From a virus: a stretch of DNA of 64,000 nucleotides. Shown piece after piece: positions 20,278-29,451 of the stretch. The position numbers and the translations under genes were made by a program. The stretch covers positions 9,884 through 73,883 of IMG/VR virus record IMGVR_UViG_3300009104_000012; one strand, 5' to 3'. Below the pieces are notes generated by a model. It saw nothing but the letters and a program-made list of their open reading frames with translations, had not been told where the DNA came from and did not search any database. Positions within the stretch are counted from its first letter, which is position 1. Each line of letters opens with the position of its first letter.

Positions 20278-20753
20278 TACGAATTGTCTTCCTTCGGCAT
20301 AGTAAATGTTGTTACCGTACCATCTGATTCTGTAACCGTTACCGTAACCGTATCATTTGTTCCTGTAGTTGTTGTTGCCCAAGTTACCACTTCACCACCT
20401 ACTGGTGATGTAAATGTTCCAGAATCTTGTTGTAATCCATCTGTACCAAATACGTTATCAGTAATTTGTTTAGCAAGAGCTGTGTAAAATCTTGCTTCTA
20501 AATTTGCTTTGAATTTTGCTATAGCTGTTGCTTTAGCTTCTGCTTTTGCTTTTTCAGCGTCAGCTTTTTCAGCAGCTTTAATTGCGTCTTTTCTAGTCTT
20601 CTCTATATTCTCTATAGTTAAATAGTGTGATGATTTACCAACTCCTGAAAATGATGGACTATGGAATTTAAAATCTAATTCACTAGCGTTTACGCTACCA
20701 TTATATAAAACAAAACCTACTAAAACTGACAGAAAAATGGCGATTCTGATCAT
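20277..20753 (-). CDS. csgF: Curli assembly component CsgF
   Basis: Signal peptide, then ASELDFKFHSPSFSG (cf. CsgF N-terminal F-x-F-x-N-P-x-F-G-G); coupled to csgG. Confidence 0.85.
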   Translation of the reverse strand: MIRIAIFLSVLVGFVLYNGSVNASELDFKFHSPSFSGVGKSSHYLTIENIEKTRKDAIKAAEKADAEKAKAEAKATAIAKFKANLEARFYTALAKQITDNVFGTDGLQQDSGTFTSPVGGEVVTWATTTTGTNDTVTVTVTESDGTVTTFTMPKEDNS

Positions 20754-20777
20754 TATATCTCCTCTAATTTACTCCTA

Positions 20778-20785
20778 TATTTATA
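20778..20785 (-). promoter_or_regulatory. T4-type late promoter of the curli operon
   Basis: TATAAATA on minus strand, 25 nt upstream of csgF with GGAG RBS between. Confidence 0.7.
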
Positions 20786-20809
20786 AACTTTGACAACTAA
20801 ATATTGTAA

Positions 20810-22441
20810 ATGATTGCTATTATTAAAAAAGTAGGCTGGGCTTGGTTAACTATTGCTGTACTTCTATTTTTATATTTAGGAAATCCTACGTTAATGGAGA
20901 CATCAAGACTTTCCACGTTTGATTCTTACCAAAAAATAGGTAAGCACTATGATTCCAAAAGCCTAATATTGCTGGATATTTCAGACGCAGCCTTGGAAAA
21001 GCAAGGTCAATGGCCTTGGAAAAGGGACCAATTAGGTCGTGTAGTGGTCAATGCATATAAAAATGGAGCTGCTCTTGTAGTTATGCAAGTAGTCTTCCCA
21101 CATAAAGATAGATTAGGTGGTGATGAAATGTTCCTTAAAATGATTACAAAATATCCTGTAATATTAACCGAAACAAATGAAGTTAAAAATCTACAAAGTA
21201 TTTCCAGAAAATCTTTAGGTGTAGGTAATGTAGATGTACCTGTAGATATAGACGGTACTATAAGAAAATTACCTGTAAATAATTCCATACCCCAGGTTAT
21301 ATTAAAAGTTATAAACTTTCCAAAAATAGAACAAGATAATATATGGGTAGATTTTAGATACCATATTCCTAGAATAGATTATACTGATAATGATTGGTCA
21401 GGTATGAAAGGTAAAATAGTATTCATTGGTACCACATTTAAAGGTTCAACTTTTGTAACCACACCTAATGGATTAAAAAACACTCACGAAATTATGGCAA
21501 TCAGTACAGAAAATTTACTATCAGGAAAATTTATTGATAGACCTGATTGGTTACCTTACGCTGAAGGTGTTTTTATTTTACTTGCTTTATTATTTTTTGT
21601 ACTAGTTATTCCTAGATGTGGTGTAATGTGGTCTTTTCTATGGTATGCTGGATTTATATTTGATATTTTTCTTGGTGCTGGATTTCTATGGTGGAAATAC
21701 CAATACATAGCTGATTGGTTTAGTCCTCTATTACTAGGGTCTATACTATGGGCTCACTTAACATATAATAATTATTCAATAGAAAATAAATTAAGACTAC
21801 AAATTAAAAAACAATTTGAACATTACTTGGCACCTGCAATGGTACAAAGACTAATGGATAATCCATCACTATTAAAATTAGGTGGTGAAAGAAGAAAATT
21901 AACATTTCTATTTTCAGACATAAGAGGTTTCACTCCTATATCGGAGAAATTTAAAAATTCTCCTGAAAGACTAACTCGTTATGTTAATAGATTTTTAACT
22001 GCAATGACAACCATTATATTACAACACGGTGGTACTATTGATAAGTATATGGGTGATTGTATTATGGCCTTCTGGAACGCACCCCTAGATGTTAAGGAAC
22101 ACAGGAAACTGGCTGTTCAATGTGCTATAGCAATGAGAAGAAAACTTAAATTAATGAACATAAACAAAGAGTTTATGCCACCTATCAACATTGGTATTGG
22201 TATTAATACTGGTGAATGTCTTGTTGGAAATATGGGGTCTAAACAAAGATTTGATTATTCAGTTATAGGTGACGCTGTAAATCTAGCAAGTAGATTGGAA
22301 GGTGTTAGTAAAAATTACAACACCACTATTATAATCGGTGAAGATACTAGGGAGGCTTTAGAAGGTTTTAAATTCTATAAACTTGATGATGTAAAAGTCA
22401 AAGGCAAAACTGAAAAGATTACCATTTATTCTGTTAGATAA
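20810..22441 (+). CDS. CHASE2-domain class III adenylate cyclase
   Basis: LDISD..L...GQWPWKR (CHASE2), three TM helices, FSDIRGFT, DKYMGD, DYSVIGDAVNLASRLE, VKGK. Confidence 0.92.
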   Translation: MIAIIKKVGWAWLTIAVLLFLYLGNPTLMETSRLSTFDSYQKIGKHYDSKSLILLDISDAALEKQGQWPWKRDQLGRVVVNAYKNGAALVVMQVVFPHKDRLGGDEMFLKMITKYPVILTETNEVKNLQSISRKSLGVGNVDVPVDIDGTIRKLPVNNSIPQVILKVINFPKIEQDNIWVDFRYHIPRIDYTDNDWSGMKGKIVFIGTTFKGSTFVTTPNGLKNTHEIMAISTENLLSGKFIDRPDWLPYAEGVFILLALLFFVLVIPRCGVMWSFLWYAGFIFDIFLGAGFLWWKYQYIADWFSPLLLGSILWAHLTYNNYSIENKLRLQIKKQFEHYLAPAMVQRLMDNPSLLKLGGERRKLTFLFSDIRGFTPISEKFKNSPERLTRYVNRFLTAMTTIILQHGGTIDKYMGDCIMAFWNAPLDVKEHRKLAVQCAIAMRRKLKLMNINKEFMPPINIGIGINTGECLVGNMGSKQRFDYSVIGDAVNLASRLEGVSKNYNTTIIIGEDTREALEGFKFYKLDDVKVKGKTEKITIYSVR

Positions 22442-22681
22442 TTATCCTTTTATCTTTTTAGTTATCCAAAGTACAGCTGCATACATTATTAAAGCATAAA
22501 CGGAAACAAATAAAATTTCTGGAATATATTGAAATACATTGTAGGTTAAATCTAATACTGCTTCAACATCTCCCATTTCAGAAGATCCGTCTTCATCCAT
22601 ATCAATGGTTATAGATTTGGTAAAATCTCCTTCTACATTACCAACATTTTGTTCTATGTCTAATGTATTGTCTTCGTTCAT
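22442..22681 (-). CDS. Small membrane protein
   Basis: Acidic N-terminus plus C-terminal TM. Confidence 0.55.
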   Translation of the reverse strand: MNEDNTLDIEQNVGNVEGDFTKSITIDMDEDGSSEMGDVEAVLDLTYNVFQYIPEILFVSVYALIMYAAVLWITKKIKG

Positions 22682-22845
22682 TTTCTATCTGATAACTTAT
22701 TAATAAGGTCAAACGCAACTTTTACTTTTTCTTTAAGCACGATTATATCTCCGTGCATTTTTGCTAGGACAATTACCAAAGTTATAAACCCTAAAAATAA
22801 GGGCCACATCTTCATTAACATTGTCATTACTTCTAACGATTCCAT
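22678..22845 (-). CDS. Small membrane protein (55 aa)
   Basis: Manual translation MESLEVMTMLMKMWPLFLGFITLVIVLAKMHGDIIVLKEKVKVAFDLINKLSDRK; AAGGAG RBS. Confidence 0.6.
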   Translation of the reverse strand: MESLEVMTMLMKMWPLFLGFITLVIVLAKMHGDIIVLKEKVKVAFDLINKLSDRK

Positions 22846-22866
22846 AATCTCCTTTTGGTTATTGTA

Positions 22867-23088
22867 TTATTTTATGATCGGGTCTTTCTTTTTCGCAAGC
22901 CGAGCAATCACATTTTTTACAATCGCAATTTGAGCAAGTCTCTGGACAATGTGCTTCACATTTACAATTTCTACAATCTTCCATATTTTCTCCTTAATTT
23001 CTTTTCTAAATGCTATAGCACCGCCAGTAAGTAAAATGAATAGTATTAAATATCCCATTGTTGGTCCGTTATCTATGTATTCAATCAC
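22867..23088 (-). CDS. Small membrane protein
   Basis: N-terminal TM, basic C-terminus. Confidence 0.5.
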   Translation of the reverse strand: MIEYIDNGPTMGYLILFILLTGGAIAFRKEIKEKIWKIVEIVNVKHIVQRLAQIAIVKNVIARLAKKKDPIIK

Positions 23089-24281
23089 TTCTTAAACTTG
23101 GCAGCTTCTTCTGAACCTTTTGTAGCACTACCTTTACTATAACTATGTGCTCCCATTCCAGCAAGTTCACCATCTTTTACAATATAATATTTATCTCTTA
23201 TGTCAGTCTTATCAAAGAAACATTCCAATATTTCTCTAACACCAGCAGCATATCTATATTGTGCTGATAGAGAAGTTCCACTTGTATGTGGTGTCATACC
23301 GTGGTTTGGCATTGTTCTCCAAACGTGGTCATTTGGTGCTGGTTGTGGAAACCAAACATCACCTGCGTAACCACTTAATTGACCTGACTCTAATGCTCTT
23401 GCGATAGCGTCTCTATCACAAATCTTTCCTCTAGCAGTATTAACTATATATGCTCCAGGTTTACATTTACCAATTAGTTCATCATTAAATAAATGTTCCG
23501 TTTCTGGATGTAAAGGACAACTTATATTAATTACATCACATACACTAACTAATGACTCTACTGAATCGTGGAAAGTTAAGTTTAATTCTTTTTCTTTTTC
23601 TTCTGGCAATCTATGTCTATCAAAGTAATGTAAGTGTACATCAAATGGTGCCATCTTTCTTAACATATCATAACCAATACGACCAGCTGCAATTGTTCCT
23701 ATGTGCATACCTTCTACATCATAAGATCGTTTAACTGCGTCAGCAATATGCCAACCACCTTCGTTAACTATTCTATGTTGATTGTGGTAATCTCTTACTA
23801 AAGATAAAATCATCATAACTATATGTTCAGCAACTGACCGTGAATTACAATAAGTTACCTCAACTACATCTACTTTATTATCCATCGCAGCTTGTAAATC
23901 TACGTGGTCTGAACCAATACCTGCTGTGATTGCCATTTTTAAATTTGGTGCTGATTCCATTTTTTCTCTTGTTAAATAATAAGGCCAAAATGGTTGTGAT
24001 ATAACCACATCAGCGTCAACTAATTCTTTATCTGCTTGACAACCTTCTCCGTCTTTATCAGACGTAACAACTAATGTATGTCCATTGTCTTCTAAAAATT
24101 TTCTCAATCCCAATTCACCTGATACACAACCTAATAATTCTCCAGGTGTAAAGTCAATTGCTTTGGGTGTTGGTAGTGTCATACCATCTGGATACTTTTC
24201 TAATTTAGGTAAGTCTTTGACAGGATATGATTTTGGCATACCGTCTTTGGGGTCATCATATAATATACATAATATTTTCAT
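23085..24281 (-). CDS. fdh: NAD-dependent formate dehydrogenase
   Basis: LYDDP...ELLGCVSGELGL, ISQPFWP, AGIGSDH, AAGRIG, YFDRH, NTARG, DVWFPQP, TPHTSG. Confidence 0.95.
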   Translation of the reverse strand: MKILCILYDDPKDGMPKSYPVKDLPKLEKYPDGMTLPTPKAIDFTPGELLGCVSGELGLRKFLEDNGHTLVVTSDKDGEGCQADKELVDADVVISQPFWPYYLTREKMESAPNLKMAITAGIGSDHVDLQAAMDNKVDVVEVTYCNSRSVAEHIVMMILSLVRDYHNQHRIVNEGGWHIADAVKRSYDVEGMHIGTIAAGRIGYDMLRKMAPFDVHLHYFDRHRLPEEKEKELNLTFHDSVESLVSVCDVINISCPLHPETEHLFNDELIGKCKPGAYIVNTARGKICDRDAIARALESGQLSGYAGDVWFPQPAPNDHVWRTMPNHGMTPHTSGTSLSAQYRYAAGVREILECFFDKTDIRDKYYIVKDGELAGMGAHSYSKGSATKGSEEAAKFKK

Positions 24282-24664
24282 TATTTTTTCTCTTCTTTCT
24301 TTTCTTCCTCATAGTATTCTCTATAAGTGTTTAAGATTTGATTTTGTTTCATAATATAAGCACGGATTTGTGCAAAATTCTTTGCTAACTTTTCGTACTC
24401 TTCATCTGTAAGTCCAAATAAAACTGGATCAATATTATCTTTTTCTAATTTTGCCATTACTTCATCTGCATTTTCAGAAGTGATAATAAGCCAATTTAAT
24501 TCTTCTAATTTTGGTGCTGGTGTGTTGTCAAGGTTTAGATGTTGTCTCTCAACCTCGGTTTTGAATATCTGTAGTTTCTTAACGCCTGAACAACTAGTAA
24601 GGAACGTAACTAGGATTAGCGATAGAAGGACACTCTGGATTAATTTGAGATTTCTTCGTAGCAT
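24281..24664 (-). CDS. Outer-membrane spanin (o-spanin) lipoprotein
   Basis: Lipobox FLTSC, Pro-containing segment, overlaps end of i-spanin. Confidence 0.7.
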   Translation of the reverse strand: MLRRNLKLIQSVLLSLILVTFLTSCSGVKKLQIFKTEVERQHLNLDNTPAPKLEELNWLIITSENADEVMAKLEKDNIDPVLFGLTDEEYEKLAKNFAQIRAYIMKQNQILNTYREYYEEEKKEEKK

Positions 24665-25079
24665 TCAATTCTTTCTCCGTCAATGGGCTACCCATTGCAA
24701 TTTCATTACAACGAATAGCGTTTTGGGTAGCCCGATTTATTATTTTTTCAATCAGCTTCGGTTTTGCGATAGCGAGGTCACCGACGTCTCTCTTCTTACC
24801 TGAAGCATTTGTTTTATTAAACTTATCGTCAAGAAGTTTTAAGTCTTTATTCAATTTGCCATTAAGTTCGGTTAACTCTTTGTTGGCATTTAATATGCGT
24901 TCAAAGTCTTTCTTTTGTTGGGCAAGAACCTCTTTTTGAGATTCAACTGCTTCTTCCAGTTTGATTTGATTGGCTTTTAAAATTGCGTTGTCAGAACGTA
25001 GTTTCATAACATACATTCCTGCTCCCGCTATACCAGCAATCATTATGATTGCCATTACCATTTTCAATTGCCCAAACAT
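24594..25079 (-). CDS. Inner-membrane spanin (i-spanin)
   Basis: N-terminal TM, long coiled coil, AKPKLIEKIIN, C-terminal Cys pair. Confidence 0.7.
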   Translation of the reverse strand: MFGQLKMVMAIIMIAGIAGAGMYVMKLRSDNAILKANQIKLEEAVESQKEVLAQQKKDFERILNANKELTELNGKLNKDLKLLDDKFNKTNASGKKRDVGDLAIAKPKLIEKIINRATQNAIRCNEIAMGSPLTEKELNATKKSQINPECPSIANPSYVPY

Positions 25080-25083
25080 TATA

Positions 25084-25242
25084 CTAGTCTTTCTTTAGTA
25101 TTGCCCAAGCGCCGTAAGCGATTGCAGCCCAAGCTGCAATGTGAGCAATAGGACTAAAAAATAAAACCACAACACCCATACCGATTAATACTCCACCGTG
25201 TAAAGATGTTAGTTCTTTAATTCTTCCTTTAATAAACTCCAT
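25084..25242 (-). CDS. Small two-TM protein, possible holin (52 aa)
   Basis: Manual translation MEFIKGRIKELTSLHGGVLIGMGVVVLFFSPIAHIAAWAAIAYGAWAILKKD; AGGAG RBS; precedes spanins. Confidence 0.55.
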   Translation of the reverse strand: MEFIKGRIKELTSLHGGVLIGMGVVVLFFSPIAHIAAWAAIAYGAWAILKKD

Positions 25243-25258
25243 ATTTTTTCTCCTTTTT

Positions 25259-25840
25259 TTATTTTATCTTGGCGTTAACTTTTCTATGTTTATTCCAAGC
25301 CATAAATCCACCTAGTCTCAAAGAGTAGTATGCTAGGTAGTTCATAAGATAGAATCCATTGACTTCTATATTAATATCTCTAAAGATTTCATCTGATCGT
25401 TTTTGAGATATAACACCAAGGGTATCTTTCTTATTTTGTCTTAATAGTGTCTGATACTTATAAGCATAATCGTGTACCAAACCACCCATTAATAACACAC
25501 CAACTGGTGATAAAAATGTATGCAAGAATTTTGGTATACTTGCACCATCAAATTTAAAACCTGCTGGTATAATATATTTATTTCCGTTTAATACATACTC
25601 AAAATCTTCTACAATTTCCCAATGTCTAACACCGAGCAACCATAAAAGAATTCCTTTAAAAAAACCTTTACCTTTTGTTCTTATTGGTATTGGTTTCATT
25701 GTTGGCATTTCTGTATAAGCAAATGTATAACAACTAGCTTTCTTCTTATCAAATAAATTGATAATTAATCCTGCTATAACAACTAATATTAAAATTGTCC
25801 ACATCCAAAATTTCATTGCTAAACTTATTAATAATTCCAT
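25259..25840 (-). CDS. DUF1353-family protein with N-terminal TM
   Basis: IPAGFKFDGASIP...LVHDYAY...DEIF motif. Confidence 0.75.
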   Translation of the reverse strand: MELLISLAMKFWMWTILILVVIAGLIINLFDKKKASCYTFAYTEMPTMKPIPIRTKGKGFFKGILLWLLGVRHWEIVEDFEYVLNGNKYIIPAGFKFDGASIPKFLHTFLSPVGVLLMGGLVHDYAYKYQTLLRQNKKDTLGVISQKRSDEIFRDINIEVNGFYLMNYLAYYSLRLGGFMAWNKHRKVNAKIK

Positions 25841-25841
25841 A

Positions 25842-26315
25842 TTATTTCTTTCCCTTACCTTTTAATTTTGATATTATTTTTTTAGCGGTAAGAAATGGTC
25901 TCATTGTTCCTGGTGCTTGAGCAGAATGGTTAGCATTTAAACCAACACCTCTGCTATCTCTTCCACCTTGACCTTTCGGTGGTTTATCACCTAAACTTTT
26001 CATTGGCGATATACTATCAAAACTTCCTAGTCTAACACCACCAAGATATATATTCTCTTGCTTACCATAGCTTTTTTCATCTATAATTTTATCGGCATTA
26101 TCTAGTTTATCCAATATCTGTTTCATAACTACATTATTATTGTCATCACTTTCTTGTACTTTTCTTTTCAAAGTACCCATAACAGGATTTTTTTTCTTTT
26201 TCTTATCTACTCCTGGTTCGTGAGTAGGTGGTAATGCAACATTAGCACCTGAACCAACAGCATTTGTTGGGGCGTCCTCCGACCACAATTCTTTAAACTT
26301 TTTGTAATCTACCAT
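25842..26315 (-). CDS. Hypothetical, probable internal head protein
   Basis: Start moved to MVDYKKFKELWSEDAPTN; E-APTN pattern typical of T4-like marine phage proteins. Confidence 0.55.
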   Translation of the reverse strand: MVDYKKFKELWSEDAPTNAVGSGANVALPPTHEPGVDKKKKKNPVMGTLKRKVQESDDNNNVVMKQILDKLDNADKIIDEKSYGKQENIYLGGVRLGSFDSISPMKSLGDKPPKGQGGRDSRGVGLNANHSAQAPGTMRPFLTAKKIISKLKGKGKK

Positions 26316-26784
26316 ATTCTTCCTCTGGATATAATTCTCCATTAAGTTCATAAATGTCAATACCAAAAGCAGTACACATAGGTTTTACTCCTTCAATGAT
26401 AGGTTTTTCTTCTCTCTCTTCAAGTAAAACCCTTTCATATTCTCCCATTTCTTTTAACCATTTTATAACAGCACTTTCTAAAACCATTTGATGTTTTACA
26501 TAACTTTTATCTTCTCTAATTAATAGAGCCATAGCTACACCAAAAGCAGCTAACTTACTTTTTAAACCAACTCTTTGTAATATCCTTTTCAGGTTAAATA
26601 CAAATCGGTGTAATATAGTATAAGATTTTCTTTCTTTAGACGTCTTTAATGTCTTTGACTTTCTTAATACTTTACCTCTATTATCTATAATTCCGAAGGC
26701 GTAAGCCTCTTGCTTTTCCCAAGGAGTTACCAATAGTTTAATAACCCTATATGTTATTAATAAATCAATTGCTCTACTAGCCAT
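26293..26784 (-). CDS. Conserved T4-like hypothetical protein
   Basis: YRVIKLLVTPWEK..AY..GIID..G...YTILHRFVFNLKR. Confidence 0.7.
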   Translation of the reverse strand: MASRAIDLLITYRVIKLLVTPWEKQEAYAFGIIDNRGKVLRKSKTLKTSKERKSYTILHRFVFNLKRILQRVGLKSKLAAFGVAMALLIREDKSYVKHQMVLESAVIKWLKEMGEYERVLLEEREEKPIIEGVKPMCTAFGIDIYELNGELYPEEEYGRLQKV

Positions 26785-27146
26785 TATACTTCCTTTAATA
26801 AATCTATTATATGTTTATCTTCTTTAACATCTTCTAATTCGTGTGGATAAAGATAGTTTAAGTATTTAAAAACTGGTTTTAATATCTTCCAATATCGTCT
26901 ATCAATTTTATACAACAACAAAATTACACTAGCTTCTACACCAAACACATTTTGCAATACAATAATATGGTTAAGTATTAACCTAATTTTTATATCGTTT
27001 GTAACGTCATACTTACGAAATAACCTTTTAAGATATTTAAATCTTTTTAAGTCTTCGTAAAACTCTTCCTCTTTTTCAAGAGTAGGGTTATCATAATTGT
27101 GTTGTGCAAATAAAAGCCAATTATCTTTTGTAATATCCTTAAACAT
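26784..27146 (-). CDS. Conserved T4-like hypothetical protein
   Basis: FAQHNYDNP...EFYEDLKRFKYLKRL...LILNHII..NVFG. Confidence 0.7.
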   Translation of the reverse strand: MFKDITKDNWLLFAQHNYDNPTLEKEEEFYEDLKRFKYLKRLFRKYDVTNDIKIRLILNHIIVLQNVFGVEASVILLLYKIDRRYWKILKPVFKYLNYLYPHELEDVKEDKHIIDLLKEV

Positions 27147-27166
27147 AATCTAAAATTCAAAAGATA

Positions 27167-27595
27167 TTAAACTAATTTTGCATAAACTTTAGATGAACCG
27201 TTTTGTAATGTTTCGTGCTTAATTTCGATTTTCATACCATCAGCTTTTCTATGACTGATACCATCATCATCTAAATCCGTTCCATCTGTATCTTTACCTT
27301 TTCTGCCACCATATTGTGTCATTTCTGCTGTGATAGATCCACTAGGTCCGTCCAACTTAGCGTCAAAATCTAAACCAATTGTGTTTAGTTTCATTTTAAG
27401 TTGTTCAACTGCACCTTGAGGATTGATATACTCTCCATCACCAATAGAACCGACATAAGCATTCACTTTTTGCAATACAGCTGGGTCTTGTATGTTATGA
27501 GCGCCTATATTTCCATCTTCTGGAGAATTAGACGTGGTAACACCTACACCCATTGTATTAAGGTCTTCTTTAACGTGTTCCTTAAATCTTTTCAT
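27167..27595 (-). CDS. Hypothetical protein with capsid-targeting-like N-terminus
   Basis: MKRFKEHVKE. Confidence 0.6.
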   Translation of the reverse strand: MKRFKEHVKEDLNTMGVGVTTSNSPEDGNIGAHNIQDPAVLQKVNAYVGSIGDGEYINPQGAVEQLKMKLNTIGLDFDAKLDGPSGSITAEMTQYGGRKGKDTDGTDLDDDGISHRKADGMKIEIKHETLQNGSSKVYAKLV

Positions 27596-27606
27596 TTCCT
27601 TTTCCT

Positions 27607-27846
27607 TTATTTAACTAGTGTAGCTGCAGCTACATTAGCTTGTTTGCCTGCCATTTCAGTATCTATGTCCTGTCCTAGCATAGCAATAAATTTATCAGTT
27701 TGTTGAATCGCACCGTTCAAAGCATTTAAATTTGCTTTCATCTGACCTAAATCCGTTTCAACTCCTTTAATCTTTTCGGCATAACCAGTAAATTCTCTTT
27801 CGAGTCTTTGCTTTTCTGCCTTTAATGTTGTTTCATCAATTTTCAT
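27607..27846 (-). CDS. Small coiled-coil protein
   Basis: ORF with AGGAG RBS. Confidence 0.6.
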   Translation of the reverse strand: MKIDETTLKAEKQRLEREFTGYAEKIKGVETDLGQMKANLNALNGAIQQTDKFIAMLGQDIDTEMAGKQANVAAATLVK

Positions 27847-27864
27847 AATTTCTCCTAATAATTA

Positions 27865-28326
27865 TTATGCGACAGCGTAACCGTGTCCACCAATTATATT
27901 CCAGTTGGAATTTTTAAATAACAAATGCACCGTTTCACCTGGAGCATTCAAAGTTATGTTAGCACCACCTCTTAAATTTGTAGGTGTTATAACTAATGCT
28001 TCTGTTCCTGATGTTGCTGTGTCTATTATAATTTTAGTTTGTCCATCTGCACCGTCAGCTATAGAACAAGCTCCGCCACCACTAGTTGCGTTAATTTCTG
28101 TAATTTGAGAAGTAACGTCTACTACTAATGCTGAAGAACCATCTGCTGTTAATGCTTGTGATACTTGTTTTAAACCGATCCAAGAAGGTACATTATTGAA
28201 CACATCAGCTGACGTGACCTTTTTATTGATTGGTGTACCAGAAGGATCATCTACTATATGAAACAAATCTACGGCCGCTAAAGCGTCACCGAGATCAGTT
28301 AGGGCTGTAATTTTTTTATCTGCCAT
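27865..28326 (-). CDS. Putative virion structural protein
   Basis: MADKKITALT N-terminal motif; Ala/Gly/Thr-rich; late promoter upstream. Confidence 0.65.
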   Translation of the reverse strand: MADKKITALTDLGDALAAVDLFHIVDDPSGTPINKKVTSADVFNNVPSWIGLKQVSQALTADGSSALVVDVTSQITEINATSGGGACSIADGADGQTKIIIDTATSGTEALVITPTNLRGGANITLNAPGETVHLLFKNSNWNIIGGHGYAVA

Positions 28327-28402
28327 TTTATCTCCTTATTAACCCCTTAATGGGGAATGCTACTCCGTGCATATACACGGACCACTTTATTAATATATGT
28401 AC

Positions 28403-28410
28403 TATTTATA
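28403..28410 (-). promoter_or_regulatory. T4-type late promoter
   Basis: TATAAATA. Confidence 0.7.
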
Positions 28411-28448
28411 AAAGAAAAAAGGCGCCAAAGATTATTCGGCGCCTTCTT
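28411..28448 (-). terminator. Intrinsic terminator
   Basis: AAGGCGCC-loop-GGCGCCTT followed by TTTTCTTT on minus strand. Confidence 0.8.
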
Positions 28449-28470
28449 TAGTGTTGATTTCTATAGACTA

Positions 28471-28758
28471 TTAAGCGTCTGCTGAATTAGTCAATGCGAC
28501 TAGAGTTTCGTGTGATACACGACCTGATCTGCCACCAGAACCAGTTGTTTTCAAGTTCCAACCTGCGTGAGCCATTGCTACCGTTGTTTCTGAATCTTTG
28601 TAATTGAAAAGACCCATAGTAACCCCAGTAATAAAATTGTCTGCTGTTGTATCGTTGAAAAGGTCAGTACGATTAGCACTAGACCATTCTTTTCTGATTG
28701 CTGCTACAGACCATAATGGTGCTCCAGCTGCTTCGTCTTTATTTGTATGACTTGACAT
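28471..28758 (-). CDS. Putative virion structural protein
   Basis: AHAGWNLKTTGSGGRSGRV..ETLVA; late promoter TATAAATA at 28813-28820. Confidence 0.65.
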   Translation of the reverse strand: MSSHTNKDEAAGAPLWSVAAIRKEWSSANRTDLFNDTTADNFITGVTMGLFNYKDSETTVAMAHAGWNLKTTGSGGRSGRVSHETLVALTNSADA

Positions 28759-28812
28759 ATTATTCTCTCCCTTGTTTAATTGTTAAGGTACTCAATTTTT
28801 ACTATATGTTGG

Positions 28813-28820
28813 TATTTATA
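28813..28820 (-). promoter_or_regulatory. T4-type late promoter
   Basis: TATAAATA. Confidence 0.65.
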
Positions 28821-28918
28821 AGATTAATGATTGAAGGATAAAGATTAAGACACCGATAGCGACAGAACAAGCCAAGATCCCTGCTATGGTATATACGGTG
28901 TTCATCTACTCGTATTTA

Positions 28919-29434
28919 TTAGTACCCTAACCTTTGTAATTGTCTTATAGTATTTGATGTTGATGTATGGAAAATTGCTATACCACCTTTTGATTTCCAT
29001 TGGTCTACATTTCTTTTAAAATCATCTATTAATAAGTTAGGTCTACCAGCAGTCTTGGCATATAATTGTTTTTCTATTCTCTTAACTAAATGTAATCTTG
29101 AATTAGGTACACTTAAATATCTCATAGCCCATTTAGTTTTACCTGCAATGCAACTAGGGTCTGTAGATGGATCTACATATGCTGATAGTATATGTGGTTG
29201 AAAAGGAAGTATCTTTTGCCATAAAGCTTTACCGTCTCTAGTCCAAGGCATAGTGTCCCAAAAATTAGGATAATTTTTGATTGGTTTCCATTTATCTCTT
29301 ATTGATTTATAGACCGTTTTAGGTTCTTTCATCCATTTTGCAATGGGCATACCTGTAGCTCGTTGTGCTTGTGTGATAAAATCACATAACACTCCGTCCA
29401 TATCACAATAGATTGTTGGTAAATTGTCCTTCAT
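28919..29434 (-). CDS. HAD-family 5'(3')-deoxyribonucleotidase
   Basis: IYCDMDGVLCDF, GKTKW, LLIDD, W...GGIAI. Confidence 0.85.
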   Translation of the reverse strand: MKDNLPTIYCDMDGVLCDFITQAQRATGMPIAKWMKEPKTVYKSIRDKWKPIKNYPNFWDTMPWTRDGKALWQKILPFQPHILSAYVDPSTDPSCIAGKTKWAMRYLSVPNSRLHLVKRIEKQLYAKTAGRPNLLIDDFKRNVDQWKSKGGIAIFHTSTSNTIRQLQRLGY

Positions 29435-29451
29435 AAAGTCCTTTATGAAGA

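Noticed and set aside
23085-24281. Host contamination explaining fdh, fdx, prx and def
   Set aside because: These genes overlap or abut phage genes on the same strand with similar composition; a read-level check is still advisable
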